From Bacteroidales bacterium (GTDB taxonomy: Bacteria; Bacteroidota; Bacteroidia; Bacteroidales; WCHB1-69), in the NCBI GenBank assembly GCA_017525245.1, contig JAFXTE010000025.1:57116-121115 (forward strand): a stretch of 64,000 bases of DNA, read 5' to 3'. Positions 1 to 9,635 of this stretch are shown piece by piece. Position 1 is the first letter of the stretch. Every line of letters begins with the position of its first letter. A program made the translations under genes and the position numbers. The notes beneath the pieces are model-generated. The model saw only the letters and a program-made list of their open reading frames with translations, made no database searches and was not told where the DNA came from.

Positions 1-1
1 A

Positions 2-1270
2 AAGGATACGGAAGGTTTCGATCTGAAAGGCGAACAATTGCGGAGCTTCTGCACTTCGCTCCAGCAATATGGCGGTGAATGGGACACCTATCCGGCCGAT
101 TGGTTTGATGCTTTCGATTGTCTGAAAGATTTGCTGGAAATGCAATCATCCAATGAACGACTGGTGGTTTTCATTGACGAACTGCCCTGGATGGGGTTGG
201 AGTCGCCGGGTTTTGTGACCGCATTGGAGCATTTTTGGAATAATTGGGGAGCTGCTTGTGCCAACCTTATGCTGATTGTGTGCGGATCCGCCGCCTCGTG
301 GATGTCAGACAACATCCTGAACAGTACAGGAGGTTTATACGGACGCGCCACATTCGATATTCACTTGGAGCCGTTTTCCCTGTGGGAATGCGAACGGTTT
401 TTCCAATCAAGGAACATTTCTATGGATCGCTATGATCAAATTCAAAGCTATATGGTTTTTGGCGGTATTCCTTACTATCTTAATTATCTTCAGCCGAACC
501 GCAGTTTGGCGCAAAATATAGATTCACTTTTCTTTTCCAAATCTGGCAAACTGAGAAAAGAATTCTCCAAATTATACAAGTCTTTGTTCGCCGATTCCGA
601 TAAATATATGCAAATTGTGCGCACATTGGCGGCAAAAAGAGATGGACTCACACGGAAAGAGATTGCCGAAAAGACGGGAATCGCTTACAACGGCCGTCTG
701 ACCAAGATGCTTAAAACGCTCGTGTTGAGCGATTTCGTTGTGTCATACATTTATTACGGGGGGTCAGCAAAAGAGGTCTATTACAAATTGGTAGATAGTT
801 TTTCCCTTTTTTACCTGAAATTTGTCGATAATCAGCCAAATGTGCGAGAAAATTTTTGGACAACCAATCTGCGGACACCTCAGTTGAATACTTGGCGTGG
901 ATTCGCGTTCGAGGACGTATGTATGACGCATATTCGCCAAATCAAAAAAGCCTTGGGGTTTTCCGCAGTGGAAAGTACGTCTTCCCCGTGGCGCAGCAAG
1001 GAAGGGAAAGCTCAAATAGATTTGCTTTTTGATCGTGCAGACCGAGTTGTCTGTGTGTGCGAAATGAAATTCTCATCTTCTGAATTTTCAGTGGACAAAG
1101 AATACGATGCGGAATTGCGACGGAAAGTGGACCGTTTTGCGGAAGAAACCCGATGCCGGAAATCCATCCAGCTTGCGCTTGTCACCACCTATGGCCTGAC
1201 CCGGAACAGCTATTCCGGACAGTTCCATTCTGCCATCACAATGGACGCTTTGTTTGAGAAAGAAACATAA
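2..1270 (+). CDS. AAA-family ATP-binding protein (Arch_ATPase/DUF234 type), 5' end cut by window edge
   Basis: The frame is open from base 2, and the track start at 38 is a TTG. A Walker-B-like LVVFIDELPWM is present but no P-loop, so the N-terminus lies upstream. The C-terminal half looks like the DUF234 tail. Confidence 0.6.
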   Translation, partial: KDTEGFDLKGEQLRSFCTSLQQYGGEWDTYPADWFDAFDCLKDLLEMQSSNERLVVFIDELPWMGLESPGFVTALEHFWNNWGAACANLMLIVCGSAASWMSDNILNSTGGLYGRATFDIHLEPFSLWECERFFQSRNISMDRYDQIQSYMVFGGIPYYLNYLQPNRSLAQNIDSLFFSKSGKLRKEFSKLYKSLFADSDKYMQIVRTLAAKRDGLTRKEIAEKTGIAYNGRLTKMLKTLVLSDFVVSYIYYGGSAKEVYYKLVDSFSLFYLKFVDNQPNVRENFWTTNLRTPQLNTWRGFAFEDVCMTHIRQIKKALGFSAVESTSSPWRSKEGKAQIDLLFDRADRVVCVCEMKFSSSEFSVDKEYDAELRRKVDRFAEETRCRKSIQLALVTTYGLTRNSYSGQFHSAITMDALFEKET

Positions 1271-1279
1271 TCAAAGTTT

Positions 1280-1825
1280 TCACGCGAAACTTTCCACGCA
1301 CAGTTCCCGCACCCGCTCGATTACATACGTCTGTTGCTCCTTGTTGAGCCGGAAGCCGAAGCGGATCTTCTTTGTCTTGCCGGAGGCGGTTTTGTAGGTA
1401 ATGCAGACTGTCGGATCCTGCGTGGGGAGCAGCATGCAGATCAGCGGTTCCTCGTAGGGCTCAACCTTCGTGATGTTCTCCCAAGGAATCACCACCTCCC
1501 GTTGTATAGCCTTCTTCTGCTCAATGTAAATGGCTGAATCCGAATAATATACCGTTTCTCCACCGAACGCATACCAGTAAATCTTGACAAGCAGGACAAA
1601 GCAGAGGTAGAGGGGTATCGCCGCGATGAGGAGAAATGCGGCAAAGGACATGAATTGTTCTAAACGGTCGTCATCCGGCCATGTGTTGTGCATCGCGGCA
1701 TACAGGATGAACACAATGAACAGCACGAACCCCAACGCTATAACACGTCCGAGCGCCTCGCCTTTGTCAGGTCTGTTGCGCAGCATAATGTGCCCATTAT
1801 CAAACTGTTCGGTGTTTTTACGCAT
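1280..1825 (-). CDS. hypothetical membrane protein (two TM helices plus C-terminal soluble domain)
   Basis: ATG at 1825. Hydrophobic segments are VIALGFVLFIVFILYAAM and FAAFLLIAAIPLYLCFVLLV. I recognise no family motif. Confidence 0.45.
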   Translation of the reverse strand: MRKNTEQFDNGHIMLRNRPDKGEALGRVIALGFVLFIVFILYAAMHNTWPDDDRLEQFMSFAAFLLIAAIPLYLCFVLLVKIYWYAFGGETVYYSDSAIYIEQKKAIQREVVIPWENITKVEPYEEPLICMLLPTQDPTVCITYKTASGKTKKIRFGFRLNKEQQTYVIERVRELCVESFA

Positions 1826-1877
1826 AGGCGATTTACCCCTAATGGATTCGGTATCACGAACTGCTAACTGCTAACTA

Positions 1878-3935
1878 CTAACTTCTCACAATAATCGCGG
1901 TTCCCCCGCCCGGGGCCAACTCGACTTTCAGCTTCCCGTCAGCGGGAACAGCCACCGTTTTCTTCTGATAGTCAACGCCTTTGCGGTGGGCGTTGGGACC
2001 ATCGACAAACATCGTGACCGTGCCGGAGGTGATGCCTAATGCCTTGAGATCGAGCTCGATGGTCCTAGCATCCCAGTCGGTGATGGCGCCGATGTACCAA
2101 GTGTCGCCCTTGCGCTTGGCGGTGACGATATATTTCCCGACAACGCCGTTCAAAATGCGGGTTTCGTCCCAAACGGTGGGCACTTTGGCGATGAAATCGG
2201 TGCATTCCGGCTCTTGCATGTAGGCCGTAGGCGCATCGCAGAGCATGGCAAACGGTGCGTCAAAAATCACGTATTCAGCTAATTGCCGACAGCGCGTACC
2301 CTGACTCATCGGTTCGTTCCAGCTCGGGAAGTAGCACCAGTAGGCACCGTTGCGCATTGCACCCTGCGTGAAGTCCATCGGACCCGCGAGCATCCGGATG
2401 AAGGGAATCGTGACCTCATACTTCACCATATCGGTCTTGCTGTCGGCCCATTTGCACTGCTCCAGCCCGAACACGCCCTCGTAGTTCAGCACATTCGGGT
2501 AGGTGCGATTCAGTCCCGTAGGCTTGTATGCCCCGTGGAAGTCGATGAAGAGGTGGTATTTGGCGGCCATAGCGGCCATCCGCTCGTAGAAGTTGACCAC
2601 AATCTGGTCGTCGCGGTCCATAAAATCGACCTTGAAGCCCTTCACGCCCATCTCGGAGTAGTGCTTGCAAACGCGCTCCATCTCCTTGTCCATAGCAGCG
2701 TAACCGGCCCACAGCACGATGCCAACACCCTTATTTTCAGCGTATTTCACCAACATCGGTAGGTCGATTTCGGGCACCACTTGGAAGAGGTCAGCCTGCT
2801 TGTTCACGGCCCAACCTTCGTCTAAAATCACGTATTCAATACCCTTATCCGCGGCAAAATCGATGTAGTATTTGTAGGTTTCGTTGTTGATGCCGGCCTT
2901 GAAATCCACACCCCAGATATTCCAGTTGTTCCACCAGTCCCATGCCACCTTGCCGGGCTTAATCCACGAGATGTCAGCCACTTTCGAAGGTTCGGCGAGG
3001 AGATAGACGAGGTCGTTGTCCGCCAAATCCTTATCCTCCGTGGTGATGGCGATCACGCGCCACGGAAAGTTTCTTGTGCCGGCGGTCTTGGCGATGTAGT
3101 CGTGACGCTCTTTTACCACATATTGCAGGTTGTTGTGACCGCCCTGCTCCCATTTCTTCGGCAGCGGTGCGAAGTAGCCGATCATCGAGTTGCCCTCGGT
3201 GTGCTTGAGATACATTCCCGGGTAGTCATGCAGGTCGGCTTCGGTTATGACAGCGAAACGGATTTTTAAACCAGAAAAATATGCGCCATCAGCGTGATAA
3301 TTTTGAGACACCAGCATCGGTAAAAAGGCAAGTCGGTCACCAGCCATGTCGCGAAGAAAAGTGTCCACGTATGTGTTCTCGAAAGAGGTACAGTACTGCT
3401 CCGAAAAATCCCCATCTATTGCTGGTTTTCGGTTAACGTAAGGGATGAGTGCTTTCGTACCATTAAGGTCCCCCATAGAAGACCCTTCGGAGAAATTGAA
3501 CTCGGCCGTCTCGTGCCGCACGATGATGGAGTCTTTGAATGTGGTGACGAAACGGTAGGCCACACCGGAGTTGTAGGCACGGAATATTACCTGATAATTT
3601 CCCTTAAAGCTGATTTTCAGTTCGTTATATTGGTCTTTAATCTTGCTTTTCCGATAAAACGGGGCAATCACTTCCTGATTGACGCTTTTTCGCTCTTTCT
3701 TCACCACTTTCGGGTTTCGACCCAAAACGGAGCAATCGTCCAACTCCAGACCGATGACAGAGGGCTCCAAAAACGGAGCGGGGTTATCCGTCGTATAGAC
3801 CGAATATTGCAATTGTCCAGACGAGCCGTCAATTTTCACCGTCAGTTTGCCATCGGGGGAAGTGAGTGTTTCGGTCTGTGCGGACAAGGCGATGAACAAG
3901 CCGCAAAACAACAGCAGAAGGAAATGTTTTTTCAT
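1878..3935 (-). CDS. glycoside hydrolase family 97 (SusB-like alpha-glucosidase/galactosidase)
   Basis: Signal peptide MKKHFLLLLFCGLFIALSAQ from ATG 3935. GH97-like blocks are KGIEYVILDEGW, GVKGFKVDFMDRDDQ and HGAYKPTGLNRTYPN. The track start at 3965 lies inside the promoter repeat, so I rejected it. Confidence 0.85.
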   Translation of the reverse strand: MKKHFLLLLFCGLFIALSAQTETLTSPDGKLTVKIDGSSGQLQYSVYTTDNPAPFLEPSVIGLELDDCSVLGRNPKVVKKERKSVNQEVIAPFYRKSKIKDQYNELKISFKGNYQVIFRAYNSGVAYRFVTTFKDSIIVRHETAEFNFSEGSSMGDLNGTKALIPYVNRKPAIDGDFSEQYCTSFENTYVDTFLRDMAGDRLAFLPMLVSQNYHADGAYFSGLKIRFAVITEADLHDYPGMYLKHTEGNSMIGYFAPLPKKWEQGGHNNLQYVVKERHDYIAKTAGTRNFPWRVIAITTEDKDLADNDLVYLLAEPSKVADISWIKPGKVAWDWWNNWNIWGVDFKAGINNETYKYYIDFAADKGIEYVILDEGWAVNKQADLFQVVPEIDLPMLVKYAENKGVGIVLWAGYAAMDKEMERVCKHYSEMGVKGFKVDFMDRDDQIVVNFYERMAAMAAKYHLFIDFHGAYKPTGLNRTYPNVLNYEGVFGLEQCKWADSKTDMVKYEVTIPFIRMLAGPMDFTQGAMRNGAYWCYFPSWNEPMSQGTRCRQLAEYVIFDAPFAMLCDAPTAYMQEPECTDFIAKVPTVWDETRILNGVVGKYIVTAKRKGDTWYIGAITDWDARTIELDLKALGITSGTVTMFVDGPNAHRKGVDYQKKTVAVPADGKLKVELAPGGGTAIIVRS

Positions 3936-3953
3936 ATCGGAAGGTTTTAGGCG

Positions 3954-4050
3954 GCAAATGTACATAAATTACGAATATACACAGACAGAGGAAATTGACG
4001 CTGTAGAGACGTTTCATGAAACGTCTCTACAATTTCAGAGGAAAGATACG
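3954..4050 (-). repeat. 97-bp promoter-carrying repeat, copy A (contains perfect 30-nt palindrome 4002-4031)
   Basis: The reverse complement aligns with 49086-49182 and 53897-53993 with about 4-5 mismatches. Palindrome is TGTAGAGACGTTTCATGAAACGTCTCTACA. Confidence 0.85.
3955..3962 (-). promoter_or_regulatory. Bacteroidota -7 box TAcaTTTG for GH97
   Basis: The reverse complement of caaatgta is TACATTTG, 20 nt upstream of ATG 3935. Confidence 0.45.
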
Positions 4051-4087
4051 GAAATTACGGATATATTGAAACCTGCTGAAACGGAAT

Positions 4088-4636
4088 TTAGTATTCGAAC
4101 GGAGACACAAATTCGGCGAACGCCTCGCCGTGCATGTCCTTTTCAGAAGTAATGGGGTTCTCAATTTGCCAGTCGATGTTCAAGTCTTTGTCGTTGAACA
4201 TGATACAGCCTTCAGAAGCCTTGTTGTAGAAATTGGTACACTTATATGCGAAGACGGTATTATCCTCCAAGGCGGTGAATCCATGCGCGAAACCGGCAGG
4301 AATGTAGAACTGACGGAAGTTTTCAGCAGAAAGAAGCGTTGACACGTATTTTCCGTATGTCGGACTGCCTTTGCGGATATCCACGGCAAAATCCCGCACT
4401 GCACCACGCAGCACCCGTACGATTTTGGCCTGCGCGTAAGGCGGCTTCTGGAAATGCAACCCGCGCACTACCCCCTTCTGCGAACACGACTGGTTGTCCT
4501 GCACAAAAACGTCCATGATTCCTGCTTCATGGTAGCGTTGCTCGTTATAACTCTCGAAAAAATAACCGCGGTCATCCTTGAAAACCGTCGGCTCAATGAT
4601 TAACAATCCTTCAATTTGTGTTTTTATTATTTCCAT
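4088..4636 (-). CDS. rfbC: dTDP-4-dehydrorhamnose 3,5-epimerase
   Basis: RmlC cupin pattern: IEGLLIIEPTVFKDDRGYFFESYN, VRGLHFQ, QAKIVRVLRGAVRDFAVDIR. Confidence 0.9.
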   Translation of the reverse strand: MEIIKTQIEGLLIIEPTVFKDDRGYFFESYNEQRYHEAGIMDVFVQDNQSCSQKGVVRGLHFQKPPYAQAKIVRVLRGAVRDFAVDIRKGSPTYGKYVSTLLSAENFRQFYIPAGFAHGFTALEDNTVFAYKCTNFYNKASEGCIMFNDKDLNIDWQIENPITSEKDMHGEAFAEFVSPFEY

Positions 4637-4641
4637 AATAT

Positions 4642-4669
4642 GGTTTAAGGGTTAAGGTTTATAGTTTAG
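4642..4669. repeat. heptamer tandem repeat GGTTTAA-like x4 (degenerate to about 4690)
   Basis: Units are ggtttaa gggttaa ggtttat agtttag, between the ClC stop and the rfbC start. Confidence 0.7.
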
Positions 4670-4732
4670 AAAGTTAAAGGTTTAGAGGGTTAATGTATTT
4701 AGTCGTATTTATTCAGCATTCATCATTCTACA

Positions 4733-6520
4733 TTAGTCTTCGGAGTTGTCCGCAATAAATGTCTGATATTCCGACAAGAACTTTGCCTTCGAAACGAACC
4801 CGATGTATTTCCGGTCTCGGGTGATGACGGGCATGTTGAAGTTGCCGGTGCGTTTGAACTTCTCTAAAACCATCGCTGCCGTGTCATCATCGTAGATGAA
4901 CTCTTCTGGCTCAATCATCAAATCCTCGACATGCACTTTGTCATACAACTCTTGTTTGAAGATGACCTCGCGGTGGTCGTCCATCACCAAGAGACCGGAG
5001 AAGAGGTTGTTCTCGTCGATGACCACGAAGAGATTGCGTTTGCAGTGGGCGATGACATCGGTGTAGGTGCGCAAGGTGCTGTGTACGGGAATAGTGAGGA
5101 TGTTGGTGTCTATGGTCTGATGCCACGGCAGTTTGCGGAGCGCGTATTTGTCTTTGTTGTGTGTGCGCAGGTTGTCTTTTTCGGCTAAGGGCTGTGTATA
5201 GACGGAATATTTCTCGAACGGGTTGACGCAGAGGTAGGAGCAGGCGGCGGTGACCATCAACGGAATCAGCAGCGTGTAACCCGTTGAAGATTCCGCGATT
5301 AGGAACATAGCCGTGAGCGGGGCCTGCATTACTCCTGTCATCACACCTGCCATGCCCGCAAGAATGAAGTTTACGTAAGGCAGATCCACATGGAGGAAGA
5401 CCTGCGCCACATGCGCAACCAGGAAGCCGACGAACGCGCCGATAAAGAGTGTAGGGGCGAAAACACCGCCCACACCGCCGGCAGTGGTAGTGAACGTGGT
5501 GGCAAAGACCTTCATCAGGATGATACCAATGATGGCCAACACCAACAGGCCTTCGTGTCCCATCACGCCTAACAGAGGCGAGTTGTTAAATACGGAAATC
5601 CACTCGCCGTGCAACAAATCGTTGACATTATTGTAACCTTCGCCGTAAAATGCCGGGAAAAGATAGATGAGCAAACACAGTGCTATCGAGCCAATTAACG
5701 CCCGCACATAAACCTTCTTGATGCGGCGCATCTGCTTCTCAATCCAGCGCGACATTCGCAGGAAATAGACGGAGATGAAGCCGCAGAGTACGCCCAGAAT
5801 GATGTAAAACGGGATGTTGCCCACCGAGAATCCTTGTGTCGCATCAATGGTGAACATCACGTCTTGACCAAGGAAAAGGACGGACATTACTGTCCCTGTG
5901 GCGGCGGAGAGCAACAACGGCAGAATTGCGCTGCCGGTGAGGTCGAGCATCAGCACCTCGAAGGTGAAAACCAGCGCGGCGATGGGTGCCTTGAAGATAG
6001 CAGCCATGGCCGCCGTGGAGCCGCAGGCAAGTAACAGGGTGGTCTGTTTCGTGTTGAGGTGGAAAAAGCGCGCCACGTTCGAACCGATGGCGCTGCCAGT
6101 GAGCACGATGGGAGCCTCCAGTCCCACGGAACCGCCGAACCCGACGGTGATGGCACTCGCCACCATGGAGGAATAGACGTTGTGGAACCGCAACATGCCG
6201 TCGCTCTTGCAGATGGATTTCAGCACGATGCTCACGCCGTGGCTGAGGTTGTCGCGCACCACACGCCTCACGAAGAGGAGCGTGAGGAAAATGCCGATGG
6301 GCGGGAAAATCAGGTAGAGGTAGTTGACATCGGCCACAGGGAACGCCTGGCTCAGCAACCGAGTGGTGAAATGCAGCAGGTTCTTGATGATAATGGCCGC
6401 AGCGGCTCCCAGCATGCCAATCACCACGCTGAGAATCAGCACCATAGTCTTGTCCTTGAAGTGCCGTTTGAAGAACCGCCTGCAACGGGCGATGAAATAT
6501 AGAAACCTCCTGTTTTTCAT
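4733..6520 (-). CDS. ClC-family chloride channel/antiporter with C-terminal CBS pair
   Basis: Multi-TM protein with ClC-type motifs GSVGLEAP and GGVFAPTLFIGA. The C-terminal approximately 140 aa are CBS-like. Confidence 0.85.
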   Translation of the reverse strand: MKNRRFLYFIARCRRFFKRHFKDKTMVLILSVVIGMLGAAAAIIIKNLLHFTTRLLSQAFPVADVNYLYLIFPPIGIFLTLLFVRRVVRDNLSHGVSIVLKSICKSDGMLRFHNVYSSMVASAITVGFGGSVGLEAPIVLTGSAIGSNVARFFHLNTKQTTLLLACGSTAAMAAIFKAPIAALVFTFEVLMLDLTGSAILPLLLSAATGTVMSVLFLGQDVMFTIDATQGFSVGNIPFYIILGVLCGFISVYFLRMSRWIEKQMRRIKKVYVRALIGSIALCLLIYLFPAFYGEGYNNVNDLLHGEWISVFNNSPLLGVMGHEGLLVLAIIGIILMKVFATTFTTTAGGVGGVFAPTLFIGAFVGFLVAHVAQVFLHVDLPYVNFILAGMAGVMTGVMQAPLTAMFLIAESSTGYTLLIPLMVTAACSYLCVNPFEKYSVYTQPLAEKDNLRTHNKDKYALRKLPWHQTIDTNILTIPVHSTLRTYTDVIAHCKRNLFVVIDENNLFSGLLVMDDHREVIFKQELYDKVHVEDLMIEPEEFIYDDDTAAMVLEKFKRTGNFNMPVITRDRKYIGFVSKAKFLSEYQTFIADNSED

Positions 6521-6537
6521 ATCACAAACTCGGGCGG

Positions 6538-6545
6538 CAAATGTA
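6538..6545 (-). promoter_or_regulatory. -7 box TAcaTTTG for ClC gene
   Basis: The reverse complement of caaatgta lies 18 nt upstream of ATG 6520. Confidence 0.4.
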
Positions 6546-6576
6546 CATAATTTTCTGTATGGTGCAATATATTTTG

Positions 6577-6584
6577 TATTTTTG
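6577..6584 (+). promoter_or_regulatory. -7 box TAttTTTG for 6599 gene
   Basis: tatttttg lies 14 nt upstream of ATG 6599, divergent from the ClC promoter. Confidence 0.4.
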
Positions 6585-6598
6585 CCGTTTGTATTCAG

Positions 6599-7555
6599 AT
6601 GTTCAGACGAATTTTGATCATATCGGCATTGGTCTTGCTCTCTTGGACGATGGCTTTCTCACAAAAAAAGCCCGATTTCCGCGTATGGGAGGACAGTCTT
6701 GTCAACCTGCGAGACCAAGTGATGGCTGAATCCGACGAGACCACCCGCCTCGCCCTGAATGAAGATTTCATGACCTTGCTGGAGGAAGTGCTGCAAATGC
6801 CCGATGCCTTCAAATACACCTGGGATTCCGTCAAGAATTTCAGTGTTTTGGCCTCCCCTGACAATGTTTTCAAGATTTTCACTTGGTATGTGGTGAAAAA
6901 CAACTACGACATCGAGAATTTCGGTTTCATACACGTCTATAACGATGCCCGCAAGAAGCATGTACTCTACCCTCTTTACGACAAGCGGCAGAACATCGAT
7001 TACCCCAAAACGTTGGTGGGCAACCACAACCGCTGGTACGGTGCGGTCTATTACAAACTGATTCCCGTGAAAGATAAGAACACGACATACTACACCTTGC
7101 TTGGATGGAATGGGAACAATCTCTTCACCAATCAGAAATTAATTGAAATTCTGCATTTTAACAAAGAAATGACCCCGATTTTCGGGGCACGCGTCTTCAA
7201 GAATTACACCGAAAAAGTGGCACGGGTCATTTTCGAATATTCCAAGAACGCAACCCTATACCTCAACTACGAAAATCAGGAATACCTTGTCAGCACAGGG
7301 AAATACAATCCTAAAACTCGCGATTATGATTACAAACGGATTCGCTGCGACATGATTATCTTCGAGGAGCTGATTCCGATGGACGAGGCCATGAAGAACG
7401 TGTCGGCCTACATGGTGCCGGAATCCAGTTTGAATCAGGGATTTATCGAAGAAGACGGCAAGTGGGTTTTCCAAAAGAGCGTTCGCGGCTCCAATCCCGA
7501 CAAGGTGCGACCCGATTTTCAACATAAAAACCGAAACTACTATTCCGTACAATAA
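6599..7555 (+). CDS. hypothetical secreted protein
   Basis: Signal peptide MFRRILIISALVLLSWTMAFSQ. Clean ORF with its own -7 box; no family recognised. Confidence 0.55.
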   Translation: MFRRILIISALVLLSWTMAFSQKKPDFRVWEDSLVNLRDQVMAESDETTRLALNEDFMTLLEEVLQMPDAFKYTWDSVKNFSVLASPDNVFKIFTWYVVKNNYDIENFGFIHVYNDARKKHVLYPLYDKRQNIDYPKTLVGNHNRWYGAVYYKLIPVKDKNTTYYTLLGWNGNNLFTNQKLIEILHFNKEMTPIFGARVFKNYTEKVARVIFEYSKNATLYLNYENQEYLVSTGKYNPKTRDYDYKRIRCDMIIFEELIPMDEAMKNVSAYMVPESSLNQGFIEEDGKWVFQKSVRGSNPDKVRPDFQHKNRNYYSVQ

Positions 7556-7558
7556 GAT

Positions 7559-8542
7559 ATGGCAACCTTATATCCTTTGAAATTCACGCCCATTCTGAAA
7601 GAAAAAATATGGGGCGGCAACAAAATCGAAACTATCCTGAAACATAACATCAGTCCGTTAAAAAACTGTGGCGAAAGCTGGGAAATCTCCGGCATCGTGG
7701 ATGACGAGTCCGTGGTGGCGAATGGTTTTCTGGCCGAAAACAACCTCAACGAACTGATGGAAATCTACCTCACCGATCTCGTGGGCGAGAAAAATTACGA
7801 AAAATACGGACTGGGGTTCCCGCTGCTCATCAAGTTCATTGACGCCCAAGACAACCTCTCCGTGCAAGTGCATCCGGACGATGATTTTGCACAGGAAAAG
7901 TTTGGACAGAACGGCAAAACCGAGATGTGGCACGTCATCCAAGCGGACGAGGGTGCGGGACTTTATGTGGGCTTCAATCAGAAGATTACCGCGCAACAGT
8001 ATATGGATGCTGTGGAAAACGGCACATTGGAGGACTACCTCAAATTCTATCCCGTAAAATCCGGCGACACCTTCATGATCCCCGCAGGCACAGTACACGC
8101 CATCGGAAAAGGCGTGCTGCTGGCCGAAATCCAGCAACCCTCCGATATCACCTTCCGCATCTACGACTGGAACCGTGTGGACGAACAAGGCAATAGCCGG
8201 GAACTGCATACAGAAGAGGCTTTTGAAGCTATCCATTCCGAGGAAAATCTGGCTGATTTTCAGGTACATTACGAATGCGAAAAGAATAAAACCGTGACAT
8301 TAGTGCATTCGCCCTACTTCAACACCAACCTTTTGGAGATGGATATGCAAGTGGAGAAATCGTTCGTTCAATTAGACTCTTTTGTAATCTATATCTGTCT
8401 GGAAGGCAATGCGTTTCTTGTGTCTGGAGATTTTAAAGAAAGACTTGAAACCGGCGAAGTGGTATTGATTCCCGCCGAAATCGACCAGCTGCAAATCATC
8501 CCCGATCCAAAAACGAAACTGTTAGAGGTTTATTGTTCATAA
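7559..8542 (+). CDS. manA: type I mannose-6-phosphate isomerase
   Basis: PMI cupin pattern: LYPLKFTPILKEKIWGG, SVQVHPDD, EMWHV, IPAGTVHAIG. Confidence 0.8.
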   Translation: MATLYPLKFTPILKEKIWGGNKIETILKHNISPLKNCGESWEISGIVDDESVVANGFLAENNLNELMEIYLTDLVGEKNYEKYGLGFPLLIKFIDAQDNLSVQVHPDDDFAQEKFGQNGKTEMWHVIQADEGAGLYVGFNQKITAQQYMDAVENGTLEDYLKFYPVKSGDTFMIPAGTVHAIGKGVLLAEIQQPSDITFRIYDWNRVDEQGNSRELHTEEAFEAIHSEENLADFQVHYECEKNKTVTLVHSPYFNTNLLEMDMQVEKSFVQLDSFVIYICLEGNAFLVSGDFKERLETGEVVLIPAEIDQLQIIPDPKTKLLEVYCS

Positions 8543-8549
8543 CCATCAC

Positions 8550-8612
8550 AGCCATTGGCTGTTGGCTATTAGCCATTCGCTATAAGCCAACAGCTAAAAG
8601 CTAACAGCCAGA
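8550..8612. repeat. nine tandem heptamers (AGCCATT/GGCTRTT-type) filling the manA to methyltransferase spacer
   Basis: Units are agccatt ggctgtt ggctatt agccatt cgctata agccaac agctaaa agctaac agccaga. Confidence 0.75.
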
Positions 8613-8614
8613 AT

Positions 8615-9337
8615 ATGTTTCACTTCAAGCAGTTTGACTTAGAGCACGAACGCAGTACCCTGAAAATCGGGACTGATGCCGTGTTGTTAGCTGCGCTCAC
8701 GCAGGTGGATTCAGCACAAACAGTACTGGACATCGGATGCGGCTGCGGAGTCATCGCCTTCTGTTTGGCACAGAAAATCACAGGAAATCAGATTGTTCCG
8801 AACATTGTTGGAATTGACGTGGATGCGGATTCTATCACGGAGGCACGTGAAAATGCCGCCCTATTCCCTCTTCTTCCAGCGTCATGCTTCCATTTTGAAC
8901 AAATCAGGATGCAAGACTTTGCAAATCAGGATAATGCACGCCGTTTCGACCTCATAGTAAGCAATCCGCCCTATTTTCATGGAGATCTTAAACCACAGGA
9001 TAAAAACAAGTTACAGAGCAAACATGGCGATGGGCAGCTGTCGTTTCAAGAATTGGTGGACGGTGTTGACAATCTCCTTTCTCCTGACGGTCGTTTCGCG
9101 CTGATTCTGCCGCCTCCGGAGATGGATGAATTTCATCAGCTTACCATTGATAAATGGCATTGCCTGAAATCGGTGCATATCCACCCGACTGCAACCAAAC
9201 CCATCTATCGTATCGTGCGCGAATACAGCCGCTCACCCCAGCCCGAAACAGAATCCCGCTTCTCCATTCGAAACGCAGAATTACAATACACTCCCGAGTA
9301 TCTGCAACTTGTAAAATCATATCTCACAATAAGTTAG
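8615..9337 (+). CDS. SAM-dependent methyltransferase, tRNA1(Val) m6A37 (YfiC/TrmN6)-like
   Basis: SAM-binding VLDIGCGCGVI and catalytic NPPYF. Confidence 0.7.
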   Translation: MFHFKQFDLEHERSTLKIGTDAVLLAALTQVDSAQTVLDIGCGCGVIAFCLAQKITGNQIVPNIVGIDVDADSITEARENAALFPLLPASCFHFEQIRMQDFANQDNARRFDLIVSNPPYFHGDLKPQDKNKLQSKHGDGQLSFQELVDGVDNLLSPDGRFALILPPPEMDEFHQLTIDKWHCLKSVHIHPTATKPIYRIVREYSRSPQPETESRFSIRNAELQYTPEYLQLVKSYLTIS

Positions 9338-9431
9338 TCAAAATCAAAGTCACAATTATAGTCATAGTTACCCCCAGACGCGATTCTCAAAAAAAGAAAT
9401 CATCAACAGTCGGGCGAATCGAAAAAAATTG

Positions 9432-9439
9432 TATTTTTG
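9432..9439 (+). promoter_or_regulatory. -7 box TAttTTTG for tRNA-Ala
   Basis: tatttttg followed by ccgcc, 18 nt upstream of tRNA position 1. Confidence 0.5.
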
Positions 9440-9457
9440 CCGCCGATTTCAAACGAT

Positions 9458-9531
9458 GGGGCGTTAGCTCAGTTGGCTAGAGCGTTTGACTGGCAGTCAA
9501 GAGGTCGTGAGTTCGATTCTCATACGCTCCA
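9458..9531 (+). tRNA. tRNA-Ala (anticodon GGC)
   Basis: Hand-folded cloverleaf. Acceptor GGGGCGT/ACGCTCC includes the G3:U70 alanine identity pair. Anticodon loop is CTGGCAG, T-loop TTCGATT, discriminator A; no encoded CCA. Confidence 0.9.
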
Positions 9532-9540
9532 CAGAAAAGA

Positions 9541-9568
9541 CACCTGCAAAAACCGCAGGTGTTTTTTT
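9541..9568 (+). terminator. rho-independent terminator after tRNA-Ala
   Basis: Stem CACCTGC/GCAGGTG with a 7-nt loop, then TTTTTTT. Confidence 0.7.
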
Positions 9569-9635
9569 GTGTAAAAACGACAACGGGGACAACTTATGAC
9601 AATATTATTGTAAAGACCTGCCGTTGGAACGTCTT

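Noticed and set aside
3829-4017. A small ORF MKRLYSVNFLCLCIFVIYV..., and the equivalent N-terminal extension of the purA ORF (49119-49205).
   Set aside because: Both are generated by the 97-bp intergenic repeat, starting inside the palindrome and running through the promoter box. The repeat is conserved at DNA level, not as protein.
9458-9531. tRNA-Ala as a possible integration site of a genomic island.
   Set aside because: There is no integrase or recombinase nearby. I saw no direct repeat of the tRNA 3' end, and the flanking genes are ordinary housekeeping genes.
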